A stretch of DNA of 62,311 nt from a virus (lineage: Duplodnaviria > Caudoviricetes), in IMG/VR virus record IMGVR_UViG_3300035199_000716, positions 1 to 62,311 of that record, one strand, 5' to 3'. Position numbers and translations under genes: made by a program. Shown piece by piece: positions 9,400 through 19,076 of the stretch. The notes under the pieces are model-generated. The model worked only from the letters and a program-made list of their open reading frames with translations. It was not told the DNA's origin and did no database searches. How positions within the stretch are numbered: position 1 is the first letter of the stretch; every line of letters begins with the position of its first letter.

Positions 9400-9408
9400 A
9401 TAAATAGT
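9400..9408 (-). promoter_or_regulatory. candidate late promoter motif ACTATTTAT
   Basis: In the 35-nt intergenic gap, just upstream of the SD of the 340-aa structural gene. Confidence 0.5.
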
Positions 9409-9417
9409 GTTATTTTT

Positions 9418-12300
9418 TTATTCGCTACCTAAAATATCACTATTCTGTTTATAAGTAACGTTCAAATCTAATTTTTTGCCTGTTTTTCTGCTTGTCAATC
9501 TTATCTTAAAGGTTTTGTCCCAAATCAAATCTTCGGCAGTGCCAACCTGTACCGCGCTGTCCATCAGTGCTTGGGTTGACGTTCCATTAAAGTCGGTGGC
9601 ATCCGTATTTAATAACAACTGTCGTTGTGATGGAACTATCTGAAACAATTTTTTTGCCTTTGCAGAGGTCTCTTTAAAGGGGTAACCTTCAAGATCTTCT
9701 TCATATAATGTGTTAAACGTGGCATATTTATATCCACCATCATTGATATACTCTGCTTCTATTATTTCTTCTATATAGCCCGGAACTGCATTTTCGTTAA
9801 TGACCCTAAATACATAATAATATTTCTTGTTTGAAGCTATTGTATCAACAAATACGCCACCAGTGTAGGAGTTATTGGATTTATCCATTGTTAAAGCAAC
9901 ACGGCCAACCGAATTCTCTGAAAATTCTCTAAGCGACGTCGGCTTTGTGTCGAGGCGGAACACCTCTACCCACTGCTGACGAGAGACACTCTCTTTCGAT
10001 ACTATCCCGTCCTCTAATAATTCATTTGAGAACATGTATATTGGTCTTGTTTCTGCGTCTATCTGACTAATTATCTTGGGATATTTGCGTTTGTTGAATG
10101 TTTCGTAATAAAGCTCAAACTGTACCATATTGCTACGCCCAGATAGGTAGTTTGGTACTATATTTAACTTGTTTGGCGGGTGATCCAAAATTGTTACTTT
10201 TTTCTCCATAATCGGTATTTCAAATATTTTAAGTCTCGGTTCTGTAGTGACAACAAAGTTTGCAAAATATGGTTTTTTACTATCTCCAGAAGCTCGACTG
10301 CTGGCAACTCTTTGCGCAGGAGACGCAAGAGAACTCATAGGATCATCAGAATCTTCTTCGAAGCCACCTCCGCCGGCGTATGTTGAAGATTCCAAGAGAT
10401 CATTAACCGGTGCATCGTTTTCTGGATCGAAATATTCTATGCAATAGTACTCTGGCACATAGCCCGGCTCCCCTTCTTCAACTCGGGTTATTTCTGAATT
10501 CGGAAGCCCGATGACCCTTGAAAGCTGTAGATTTGAATATTTATACTTTAGGCCTTGTACGATCCTATATTCATAAACTTTATATGTATATTCGCGCCCG
10601 TATATAACCTGTGAATCATAGTAGTTCAATTCATCTAAATCGCCGCTGTTGAAGAACCAGAAATTTTGTACAACAGCATCTTGCCTACCTGCCCCCGTTC
10701 GACCAACAGCCCTTTTTTCAATTCTATATGCTATTACTTCTGAATACTTTGGCTCCGGGGATGTGGACACAGTGGAGTCAAAGCCTGTCGAGGGAGAGTT
10801 TCTTTGAACATTTAAAAGTGACTCGATCTCTCTTACACCAGTCTGATCATTTAAGGTCCCAATTATATTATTCATTAGTTCCAATGTGTTACTTGTGTTT
10901 AGATGACGATAGACACCTTTTGTATCGTATGCGCATTCTGTTTCGATATTTTTTTCATCTATTATTATAAAATTCTCTGTCCAATCTTTTATTCTTGCAT
11001 ATGAGTGCAGCATCATATCGAAAAAATCGACTCCTCGTAGTTCAAGCGCTGTGCTCTCGGAGATGGCGACATTCGCATCAGATTCAGTTGAAGAAGTTAA
11101 AAAGCTTGTATTTTTTGAAAATTGGGTTGTGGATACAGGAACCTTTGTGGCGGTGAGTTCATTGGTAAACACCTCTTTTAATAGCCTCAACATTCTGGTA
11201 CTGAATTTAGCAGCGTCGATGTGGGCGCCTACGGTAGATATATTTTCGGTTTCGAAACGTATTTGCGAATAATACGGATAAGAACCCGTATACCCATTTA
11301 TGGTTGTAGTTTCATCTTCAGCACCGAGAGTGGGCATTTGCACACTTCGAGCGGTATGGTTCGTTGTGGGATATATTTCCTTAAAAAAGTTACTATTAAA
11401 AAAGATATTACTGAATCTATTATTTGCCCAAGTGACTGTTTCCTGGCTTCTATCTAATGTAGATGCAGAGTATTCTAAATATAACTTGATATTGTTGCTA
11501 TCATCAAAATATGTATGTGGATCTGCTATCTGTTCATCATATGATATAAAGTCATATAACCTCGACCTGTAATCGCCAGCGCCGGTTGTATGCAAATTTG
11601 CCCACGTATTTAAATACATATTTGGGAGAAGTCTTTCGGTCGGTATCGTTAATGTATATGCTTGATAATTTTGATAATAAGAGTTATAATCATATGTTAT
11701 ATTCATATAATTTGTTACTTGTTCGGGGTTCGTTAAATATTGCCTAGACATAGCGCCATACGGGTGAGTGTATGCTGTGTAGTAATCATCAAAGACTACG
11801 TCATTATTAAAAATTGCGTCATATGATATCTCATTAAATGTGCCACCCTTCCAGAGAACTTCCCAAAATTTATCATTTATAACCTTATCTGGTTTGCCGT
11901 CAACAGCAACAACAAATTTGTGGTTTGGAATTATTTTATTTGACGATGACAGTTGATCAGGAATTTCAACATCGTCTTGTAGCCTGAATGAACGAACAGA
12001 GTCGATATATGAGTTTAATTCACGGTAAGAGTCTCCGGTTCCAGCTAGCTCTTCATTAAATGACGAGAATGATAAAACAGTATTTTTGGAAAGATCAATT
12101 GTGTTGAAAAAATAACCACCCACATTGGTTCTAAAAATATCACTCGAGCCAGAAAATAGATTATAGTCAGTAATATAACACACCTTGCTGGTGTCGTCAT
12201 CCATAACTGCGATGTTTCGCGGATCATCCTCGATGCGCGTTTCTACAGCAGTAACAACCCCAGTATCAGGATCTGTAGTTTTAGCGTGTTCTATTGACAT
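9418..12300 (-). CDS. large virion structural protein with FN3/Ig-like segments
   Basis: 960 aa; IAYRIEKR...YYDSQVIYGREYTYKVY and VEVFRL...FVDTIASNKKYYYVFRVIN resemble FN3 strands; AGGAG SD; tail-module context. Confidence 0.6.
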   Translation of the reverse strand: MSIEHAKTTDPDTGVVTAVETRIEDDPRNIAVMDDDTSKVCYITDYNLFSGSSDIFRTNVGGYFFNTIDLSKNTVLSFSSFNEELAGTGDSYRELNSYIDSVRSFRLQDDVEIPDQLSSSNKIIPNHKFVVAVDGKPDKVINDKFWEVLWKGGTFNEISYDAIFNNDVVFDDYYTAYTHPYGAMSRQYLTNPEQVTNYMNITYDYNSYYQNYQAYTLTIPTERLLPNMYLNTWANLHTTGAGDYRSRLYDFISYDEQIADPHTYFDDSNNIKLYLEYSASTLDRSQETVTWANNRFSNIFFNSNFFKEIYPTTNHTARSVQMPTLGAEDETTTINGYTGSYPYYSQIRFETENISTVGAHIDAAKFSTRMLRLLKEVFTNELTATKVPVSTTQFSKNTSFLTSSTESDANVAISESTALELRGVDFFDMMLHSYARIKDWTENFIIIDEKNIETECAYDTKGVYRHLNTSNTLELMNNIIGTLNDQTGVREIESLLNVQRNSPSTGFDSTVSTSPEPKYSEVIAYRIEKRAVGRTGAGRQDAVVQNFWFFNSGDLDELNYYDSQVIYGREYTYKVYEYRIVQGLKYKYSNLQLSRVIGLPNSEITRVEEGEPGYVPEYYCIEYFDPENDAPVNDLLESSTYAGGGGFEEDSDDPMSSLASPAQRVASSRASGDSKKPYFANFVVTTEPRLKIFEIPIMEKKVTILDHPPNKLNIVPNYLSGRSNMVQFELYYETFNKRKYPKIISQIDAETRPIYMFSNELLEDGIVSKESVSRQQWVEVFRLDTKPTSLREFSENSVGRVALTMDKSNNSYTGGVFVDTIASNKKYYYVFRVINENAVPGYIEEIIEAEYINDGGYKYATFNTLYEEDLEGYPFKETSAKAKKLFQIVPSQRQLLLNTDATDFNGTSTQALMDSAVQVGTAEDLIWDKTFKIRLTSRKTGKKLDLNVTYKQNSDILGSE

Positions 12301-12321
12301 TGATATCTCCTGTTATTAACA

Positions 12322-13257
12322 TTAGTAGTCGCCGCCTGTTACAATGGTCGGGGTTGTTGCCCGTTGTCTCACACCATCGACTGTGGCGCGGGTGGTGACC
12401 ACCGCACTCTCGACAGCTTCAGTGCCGGGTGGGGGACTAACTTGTGTTTGTTCAGTGTCTGAAATTTCGGCGAAGTCTTTCTTTTTTATTCTCATGGGTG
12501 CTGTTCGTGGAAAAGTTGCCAGTTTGGTTGGATATGTTGTAATTAGCGCTTCTACTATTTTATTGGTTGAGCGATCAATGCCATCCTTTATTCTGTTACG
12601 ATAGGCTCCGGTACCTAGCGTTGCATCCCAGCCAAACTTACTAATTAAGGCACTGGATTCATCTGATGAATAGTCTATTGGATTTGCGCCTGAGCCGCCT
12701 ATATTATAGGTCACCTCTATATCGCTCCTGTGGTGGACGTTGTCCTGCGATATTCTGATGCTAGGCTCTGCTGATATATTGGAGTAATTGAAAAACAATT
12801 TTTCGCCATATTGGTCTGTACCGTCGGCGTTTTGGGTTACTACAGTTAAAAACCCTATACCCATCGTTGAGGTGTCCAGTGATGTTCCTGCTGCAAAATT
12901 TACTGCCTCTTGTCTTTCGCCTGTGGCGCCGCCTAGTTCACCTCGCATACCCTCACCGCGATAACCTGTGTCACCCAGTCTGGCTTCTTCGACTGTATCG
13001 GGGTTATTGTCCGGATCACCTTTCATGAACCCAAAAAGATCGGCATCATCGGTATAGCTGCCGCCATTTACCATTTTGCTGGTGGGTATGACAAAGTTTT
13101 CGACTGTTATGTTCCCTGGGACGAGGATCCATGGCTGGAAGCCAGACGCCCCCTCAATATCAGCGCCGGGGTCCATGTCCATGGTAAGGTCGAGGGTAAT
13201 GTCGGTGTCGATTTCTTCAGCAGCTACTTTGATTAAATCATCAACTGGATCTGGCAT
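12322..13257 (-). CDS. hypothetical protein, probable virion component
   Basis: 311 aa; acidic, Gly/Thr-rich; GGAGG SD; within the tail operon. Confidence 0.6.
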   Translation of the reverse strand: MPDPVDDLIKVAAEEIDTDITLDLTMDMDPGADIEGASGFQPWILVPGNITVENFVIPTSKMVNGGSYTDDADLFGFMKGDPDNNPDTVEEARLGDTGYRGEGMRGELGGATGERQEAVNFAAGTSLDTSTMGIGFLTVVTQNADGTDQYGEKLFFNYSNISAEPSIRISQDNVHHRSDIEVTYNIGGSGANPIDYSSDESSALISKFGWDATLGTGAYRNRIKDGIDRSTNKIVEALITTYPTKLATFPRTAPMRIKKKDFAEISDTEQTQVSPPPGTEAVESAVVTTRATVDGVRQRATTPTIVTGGDY

Positions 13258-13269
13258 TTTATATTCCTC

Positions 13270-13860
13270 CTAAATATCGTTTTGTTTTATAAAATATTTT
13301 GATCGGCCTCTATAGTTTGGAGACAGATTTAATACTGCAAAGCCGGATGCTATCCTCGATAGGTCTGGTGGCATCACCAAAGTACCGTTCGGATCCTTCT
13401 CCTGCATGTAAATTTCTTTCGATGGTTCATTTTCGTCTAGATTGTAAAACGGGTCTTTCTCAGACGAAAATTTATCTTTTGCTTGAATGTTTTTGTTGAA
13501 TGTTTGTTCGAACTGCTCTTGGTCCATAATGTTTACATTTTGCAAACCTTCATTGTTTTCTTGTTGTTCTTGTAAGAGAGAATAATTCTTTGATATATTC
13601 TCGTATCTAATATTATTCATAATCAGCATTTCTTTGGCTAAGTATGCTCGATCCGTTGAAGCCGGTTCTATCGTTGTTTTCTTGTTGGAGGTTTCATTCT
13701 GCGTTGCAGTCTTAATTTCTTGAAGCCCCAATTCGATATTATATAAAAGAGGGGACAAATTTTTATTTACTATTTTGTCTTGAAAAATTGTAGTATTTTC
13801 CATTTTATTGGTTGTTTTGTTAAAAGTTCCATTTTTTACGATACTAAGTGGTATAAACAT
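13270..13860 (-). CDS. hypothetical protein
   Basis: 196 aa; Asn/Gln/Lys-rich; AGGAG SD; locally AT-rich. Confidence 0.6.
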   Translation of the reverse strand: MFIPLSIVKNGTFNKTTNKMENTTIFQDKIVNKNLSPLLYNIELGLQEIKTATQNETSNKKTTIEPASTDRAYLAKEMLIMNNIRYENISKNYSLLQEQQENNEGLQNVNIMDQEQFEQTFNKNIQAKDKFSSEKDPFYNLDENEPSKEIYMQEKDPNGTLVMPPDLSRIASGFAVLNLSPNYRGRSKYFIKQNDI

Positions 13861-13874
13861 TTTATTCTCCTATG

Positions 13875-16800
13875 TTATTCATCTGGGTACCAGTCCGGTA
13901 GTTCAAATGTATAACCTCCCGGTGGTTCTTTTGATGGTGTCGCAGTCGATACCTTTCCGGACTCAAGGCCGGTGGCCCCCAAATACTCGGAATGGGTGCC
14001 CAGCCAGTGAGTACTTACACCCATGTAGGTTATCTCAGACACCGAGGGTGGGCTGATGACGACAACAGCTGTGGATTCGCTCTCTTCTGGTGGCGTGTAC
14101 TCATCATTAGTGTCGGGATCAGGCAGTTCTGGCCAGGACGAATCATCGGATGCGTAATCGATTATTGGTTTGTCAATAATAATTGGATCACGGCCCTTCT
14201 CTGCGGAATTGTGGGCATGGCCAATTATAAATTCTGTGTATTCTGGTGTGTACCCGGTGCCTGATGTGGTGCCGAGCATATCGATAAGGGCGCTGTGGCC
14301 AGCCATAGCACCGACCGCTTCATCTAATGAGGACTTAAAATCCCGCAAAGCTTGCAAATTACCCGTCGATGGGTTAATGCCGGCTGCTATGCTGTTTGCG
14401 GCCTCAAGCACAATGGAATATTCTCCGCCATGGGTTCCGTGGTACATGTCTTGGTAAAGAGCAAATGCTGCCGCGGCTCGAAGCCAAGGTGCCGACGCCG
14501 GATCATCAGCATACTGATCATCCATTGCATTAATGAAGAATTGATTAAACTGTTCATCAATACTGTTATAGGCACAGCTTTCTTCTGCGGCCGCGACATA
14601 TTCATCAAACCCTTCCATAATATCTTGCAGATAGCTGTAATATTTTGTTATTATTAAATCTGACCGGTCTCTAACAGTAACTTTGACCCCTACGCTGTCC
14701 GGGCCCTTGAGAGCTTCATCATCATCAATATAATAATTATATGCGAAACACGCTAGTCTATAGTCGTTAGGCACCTTATCGTTATAAGCGAAATCATAAT
14801 TTCTCTGTATTAAGTAAGCGTATTGGTAGTAACTAGAAGCCGCTCCGCCGGTTGCCTTGTCTTTAAGGTAAACTTCATCGCCGTCCCTAGCAACCGCAAG
14901 GTCTTGCCAGCCAGCAACATCTATTTGTTTTACTTTTGCATATGGCGCGTTGCCGGCACTAATGGAGCCCCCGTCACCACAACTACCTGCAAATTTTAGG
15001 CGTTGAACATCGGTTGGTTGAGAAGCATAGGTAGTGCTATAATTAAGCGACATTTCAACATGTGGGCCTGTTTGGCCATACCCATTTATATATTCGCCAG
15101 TCGATGGCACTCGTTCAGTTGGACATCGATAAAATGTAACATCTTCGATTCTAACTAAGTTGTTTACCATATCACGACCCCATTCAAAATATTGTTGAAA
15201 AAGGCCCGGATTTATATATCGGGACAACGCACTGTGATTCTGAATATATTTTTCTAGGTCAAAGAAAAACCATCCATATTTTTGTGTGATAACATCAACG
15301 CGTGATAGTACTCTATGCTCACTTTTGCTTGCATTTAATCCATGATATTCTGCTATCAGGCGAATAGCATCTTTTATCGCGTCTCTAGTGCTTTTCTTCC
15401 AAGTGGTGTCCCACCGGTCGAATGCTGGCTGGGCAATGCGTTCTGCTACGTTAACTTCGTGGCGGCCAATTCCGTTTTCAGTTTGGCGTCGGGGGTGTGA
15501 GTCTACACCTTCTAAGCTGCCACAGCCGCCGCCATAAAAATATTTGCGTCTATCAGCAAGGTCTAGAACACTATATCCGTTGCCGTTGGGGTCTCTCTTT
15601 TCTCGAGAATCGATCAAACTTGACCAAGCGCCGCCATAGGGATCCGTGTCTTTATCGCGTGCTGGATCAAACAAGTCCGTAGCTGAATCTACATCCGGGC
15701 ACCATCTTAGTCTAAAGTTTTTAAATAAGCGACCACCACCAAGCACAGTATCTTTGTATTCTTGTATGTAATCGTCCATTGCATCCCGTAAATCAGTGGC
15801 GTAGGTATCTAATGCCGTCTCATTGACGGCGCCCGTTTCAGTTAACAAACCATAGTCTGCAACAAGTTGGTTCCACACGCTTTCGTCTCTTATCATTTCT
15901 TGATAGGCGGCGCCGCAAGTGGCAGTATCTTCGCTAGCACCCCCCAGCCAGTTTGCCCGGAGGTAATTAAACGCTTCTTGAACTCTTAGATATACGTTAT
16001 TGGTACCATCATCAACATTCAAATAATTTATTAGGACCGGTCGAATCTTGTTTTCCGCCAAATAATCAGCACTTCGAAGATTCCAATCAGTATCGTATGG
16101 GTTTCGATGATCTCTTATTTTGAGAAAAACACCGTATATATCATCACTCGTATTGGTTGTGGAGCCATAACCGGCAACGTTAATCATACCGGCCATCTGT
16201 TTAAAGCACTTGTACTGATTGAATGTGGACCCGTCGGTCTCAACACTGTCGTCCCACCCGACTGATGACTGTTCATCGAGAAGATTACAGCGCCACCCAT
16301 CCGAAGTCTTGGCGGAGTCCCAACCAAATTCTAGCGTACAGTTATTGCTTTCTGGATTACCGTGCCAGCCAAAAAACCTTTTTGCGGATTCGAAAGCTAA
16401 CGCATTTCTTTCTTGTTCGAAAGAGATATCGTCATAGCCTTCTTGACCGAATTCATAGCCGCGAATCCATTCCCAGTCAGCAGAAGCTTCTGGGCCGCCA
16501 TAGTACATCATTTGAAGACCCTCTTCCGCACCGTGTCCTAGGCCTGTGGCCCAGTCCTGAAATTTCTGGATTGAATCACTAAACTCTGCAACCATTTCAT
16601 GTATGAGAGTGCCCCGGTCGACCGAAAGCCATTGTACCATATTATCTATTCCCATCTTGTAACCTTCACGCGTGGTGCTGGTGTTGTCCTCAAGGAATCT
16701 TGCAAATTTGGCCCCGACGGCAGCCTCATATGCTGCCTCCATTTCGTTCGGCGTATAGGCAGTTTCTGCTTGAAAGGCCGAAGCTTCGCCAACATCGCTG

Positions 16801-18005
16801 CGGGCCGGGACATATTTAGCCAGGTTTGTTTGAAGGAAAACTTTATAAACAAGGTCTCTATTAAAAAGCTCTTCGGGACTCAGATTCAAGGTGTGAGTGT
16901 GGTATGTTGGGGTAATATTACCCATCTGTGATGGTCTGTAATCTCGGATCTTTGAACTATAGGTAATTCTTTTGAATACTTCCGGGTATGTGCGAAGGGC
17001 TTGCTCGGCATTAATAACCATTCTTCGATATCGCTCATAAAATTGGCCGGCGTTGGTGGCCAAGTCCTGATTCATGATATTCCTTCTAAATCTATTTAAC
17101 TGCACCAAGTACATCGGAGTGCTGCCGTATTCACTATAAATGTAGTCAATACTGTTGAGCACTCCATCAAGTTCTCCGTCGCTTATCGCAGCAGTTGCAT
17201 ACGCTTCTTTCAGCGAATCTATCTTTTCTTTAATATCTTCTTGATCAAACTCATCCGTTGTACGATAGTGCGCTTGGAAGTCCATTAGCGGTATGCCGGG
17301 GTAATATGAACCGTCATTCAAAAAATAGCCAACCTTATCTTTAACATTCAACTGTCCGTCTTTCTTGATCATCTCAATGGCCAGATCTGAGAAGGACAAC
17401 GCAAAAACAACATTCTGTAAGTCTTCAAGGTTGCCGTATGGGTCGCCAACCGAAACACCAACAAAAAGTGCTAGGTCGTCAAGGCCTGAAACACTAGGAA
17501 CATATAGATCATATGTGATGCCCGACGCCTTCAAAACCTCATTATTGTTTTCATCATACTCACTAGTATATGTTACGTCGTCGGAGTAAGAGATATCCTG
17601 TAATGGCATTGATCGAAATTGCTTGTACATGCCGTGCCGGTGTGGATCAGCATACACATCATCTTCCGTGAACTGGGTCAAGCTTTTTAAGCCCCTTTTT
17701 GATTCTTTGAGCATATTAATTTGATCTACATTGGTTAACGATATGAAGTTTATATTTAAATCATCCCAAAGGTGGTTTGTGAAATGCTCAAGTAGGAAAC
17801 CATCGTTAGTGTTGAACAATAACGACGTAACTATGGTTAATTTCGATATGCCCTCCCAGCCCACGTCATGGTCGAACACCCCTTCAAGGTCTTTATACTC
17901 TTCTTCCAACAAGGTCCGTATTTCTATTCTTTCGACATACGGCACCGGCAGGTGCTTTCCGAAATTATTAATTACGTTGCCCTTGTATACAGTCTTTTTA
18001 CCCAT
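13875..18005 (-). CDS. large virion structural protein
   Basis: 1376 aa; acidic and aromatic-rich; N-terminal FGKHLPVPYVERIEI; AAGGAG SD; tail-module context. Confidence 0.65.
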   Translation of the reverse strand: MGKKTVYKGNVINNFGKHLPVPYVERIEIRTLLEEEYKDLEGVFDHDVGWEGISKLTIVTSLLFNTNDGFLLEHFTNHLWDDLNINFISLTNVDQINMLKESKRGLKSLTQFTEDDVYADPHRHGMYKQFRSMPLQDISYSDDVTYTSEYDENNNEVLKASGITYDLYVPSVSGLDDLALFVGVSVGDPYGNLEDLQNVVFALSFSDLAIEMIKKDGQLNVKDKVGYFLNDGSYYPGIPLMDFQAHYRTTDEFDQEDIKEKIDSLKEAYATAAISDGELDGVLNSIDYIYSEYGSTPMYLVQLNRFRRNIMNQDLATNAGQFYERYRRMVINAEQALRTYPEVFKRITYSSKIRDYRPSQMGNITPTYHTHTLNLSPEELFNRDLVYKVFLQTNLAKYVPARSDVGEASAFQAETAYTPNEMEAAYEAAVGAKFARFLEDNTSTTREGYKMGIDNMVQWLSVDRGTLIHEMVAEFSDSIQKFQDWATGLGHGAEEGLQMMYYGGPEASADWEWIRGYEFGQEGYDDISFEQERNALAFESAKRFFGWHGNPESNNCTLEFGWDSAKTSDGWRCNLLDEQSSVGWDDSVETDGSTFNQYKCFKQMAGMINVAGYGSTTNTSDDIYGVFLKIRDHRNPYDTDWNLRSADYLAENKIRPVLINYLNVDDGTNNVYLRVQEAFNYLRANWLGGASEDTATCGAAYQEMIRDESVWNQLVADYGLLTETGAVNETALDTYATDLRDAMDDYIQEYKDTVLGGGRLFKNFRLRWCPDVDSATDLFDPARDKDTDPYGGAWSSLIDSREKRDPNGNGYSVLDLADRRKYFYGGGCGSLEGVDSHPRRQTENGIGRHEVNVAERIAQPAFDRWDTTWKKSTRDAIKDAIRLIAEYHGLNASKSEHRVLSRVDVITQKYGWFFFDLEKYIQNHSALSRYINPGLFQQYFEWGRDMVNNLVRIEDVTFYRCPTERVPSTGEYINGYGQTGPHVEMSLNYSTTYASQPTDVQRLKFAGSCGDGGSISAGNAPYAKVKQIDVAGWQDLAVARDGDEVYLKDKATGGAASSYYQYAYLIQRNYDFAYNDKVPNDYRLACFAYNYYIDDDEALKGPDSVGVKVTVRDRSDLIITKYYSYLQDIMEGFDEYVAAAEESCAYNSIDEQFNQFFINAMDDQYADDPASAPWLRAAAAFALYQDMYHGTHGGEYSIVLEAANSIAAGINPSTGNLQALRDFKSSLDEAVGAMAGHSALIDMLGTTSGTGYTPEYTEFIIGHAHNSAEKGRDPIIIDKPIIDYASDDSSWPELPDPDTNDEYTPPEESESTAVVVISPPSVSEITYMGVSTHWLGTHSEYLGATGLESGKVSTATPSKEPPGGYTFELPDWYPDE

Positions 18006-18035
18006 GACTGGCCAGCTCCTTTGTGTTTTCTAATA

Positions 18036-19067
18036 TTAATCGCATATTTCTGGCTCAACCTCACTACCATAAATATCATAATAAACATTTTGTGTTTCCG
18101 GACCATCGCATTCAAAGTCCAAATCAATATAATAAGAATCTTTATTGTACATGTGCAGACCTTTACAAGCCAAGTTATGATCAACATTGTTATCAGTATG
18201 TATATTAAAGTAATACTCAACACTTGAAGACGGAATAACTTCATATGCCCTCTGTATCTTTCGAGGCATCATCATAATACCATCGACAATCTGTGGTACC
18301 TCTTTTTCGAAATACTTTCTATCTAAAGCGCCGGTTAAAGAACCTGTTACTTTGTGAAAGACTTCTACATCGAAATTTTCTGTTAGGAATTCCGTATTAA
18401 CTTCGTCAACATAGATCATTAAGTTTTCGGCTTCTAGAGATACTGTGTTCCCGTCGGCAAATCTGACTGTTTCGTCAATGATGTCATGTATGCCGCCCGG
18501 GTCTAAGCCTAGCTCTCCTGGTCTCGAAGACAGTTTATAGTTTACAGTAATGTCAATCTGTGGAATATTTAAATTATTCTTAGCGTCCATCTTGGAAATG
18601 TTGTCTATCTTTCCATTTAGCAGTATTACTTTCCAGGCCGGCACGGCAGCTGCATTTTGAGCGTCCAAGTGTGCGTCCCCAATAGCTTGATCAAATTTAA
18701 AAGAATCTTTTCGGAGGCGACTCCTTACCGGGCCTACGTCATCCGGATTGTAACTAAGTGTATATCCACTTGCGGCGGCTATAGATTTATCAAGATCTTC
18801 AAACAACACCATACTTTCAAGATATGGTGTTTCTTGCTTGATTCTTTTTACAATATCATTTTGTGATTCTATTGCGCCGGACAGTCCGCGGGCCCTGACG
18901 CCACCAAGGTTGTCCTTATCTGCTATGTATGCGCTATCGTAGACTATGTTATCATCGTAAAATGCATAATATGTTGGCTTGAAGGAACCGACAGATAGCA
19001 AATGATGACCGTATGATGTCAATTTCAAATCCATTACTCGTTGTTTTTTATCTAAAAATATTGCCAT
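18036..19067 (-). CDS. baseplate/tail structural protein, N-terminally paralogous to 8360..9382
   Basis: 343 aa; FLDKKQRVMDLKLTSYGHHLLSVGSFKPTYYAFYDDNIVYD aligns with FLDNSGDIILDAVLTDVGRKRMAAGNFRIVKFALGDDEIDY. Confidence 0.6.
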   Translation of the reverse strand: MAIFLDKKQRVMDLKLTSYGHHLLSVGSFKPTYYAFYDDNIVYDSAYIADKDNLGGVRARGLSGAIESQNDIVKRIKQETPYLESMVLFEDLDKSIAAASGYTLSYNPDDVGPVRSRLRKDSFKFDQAIGDAHLDAQNAAAVPAWKVILLNGKIDNISKMDAKNNLNIPQIDITVNYKLSSRPGELGLDPGGIHDIIDETVRFADGNTVSLEAENLMIYVDEVNTEFLTENFDVEVFHKVTGSLTGALDRKYFEKEVPQIVDGIMMMPRKIQRAYEVIPSSSVEYYFNIHTDNNVDHNLACKGLHMYNKDSYYIDLDFECDGPETQNVYYDIYGSEVEPEICD

Positions 19068-19076
19068 TATTACTAC

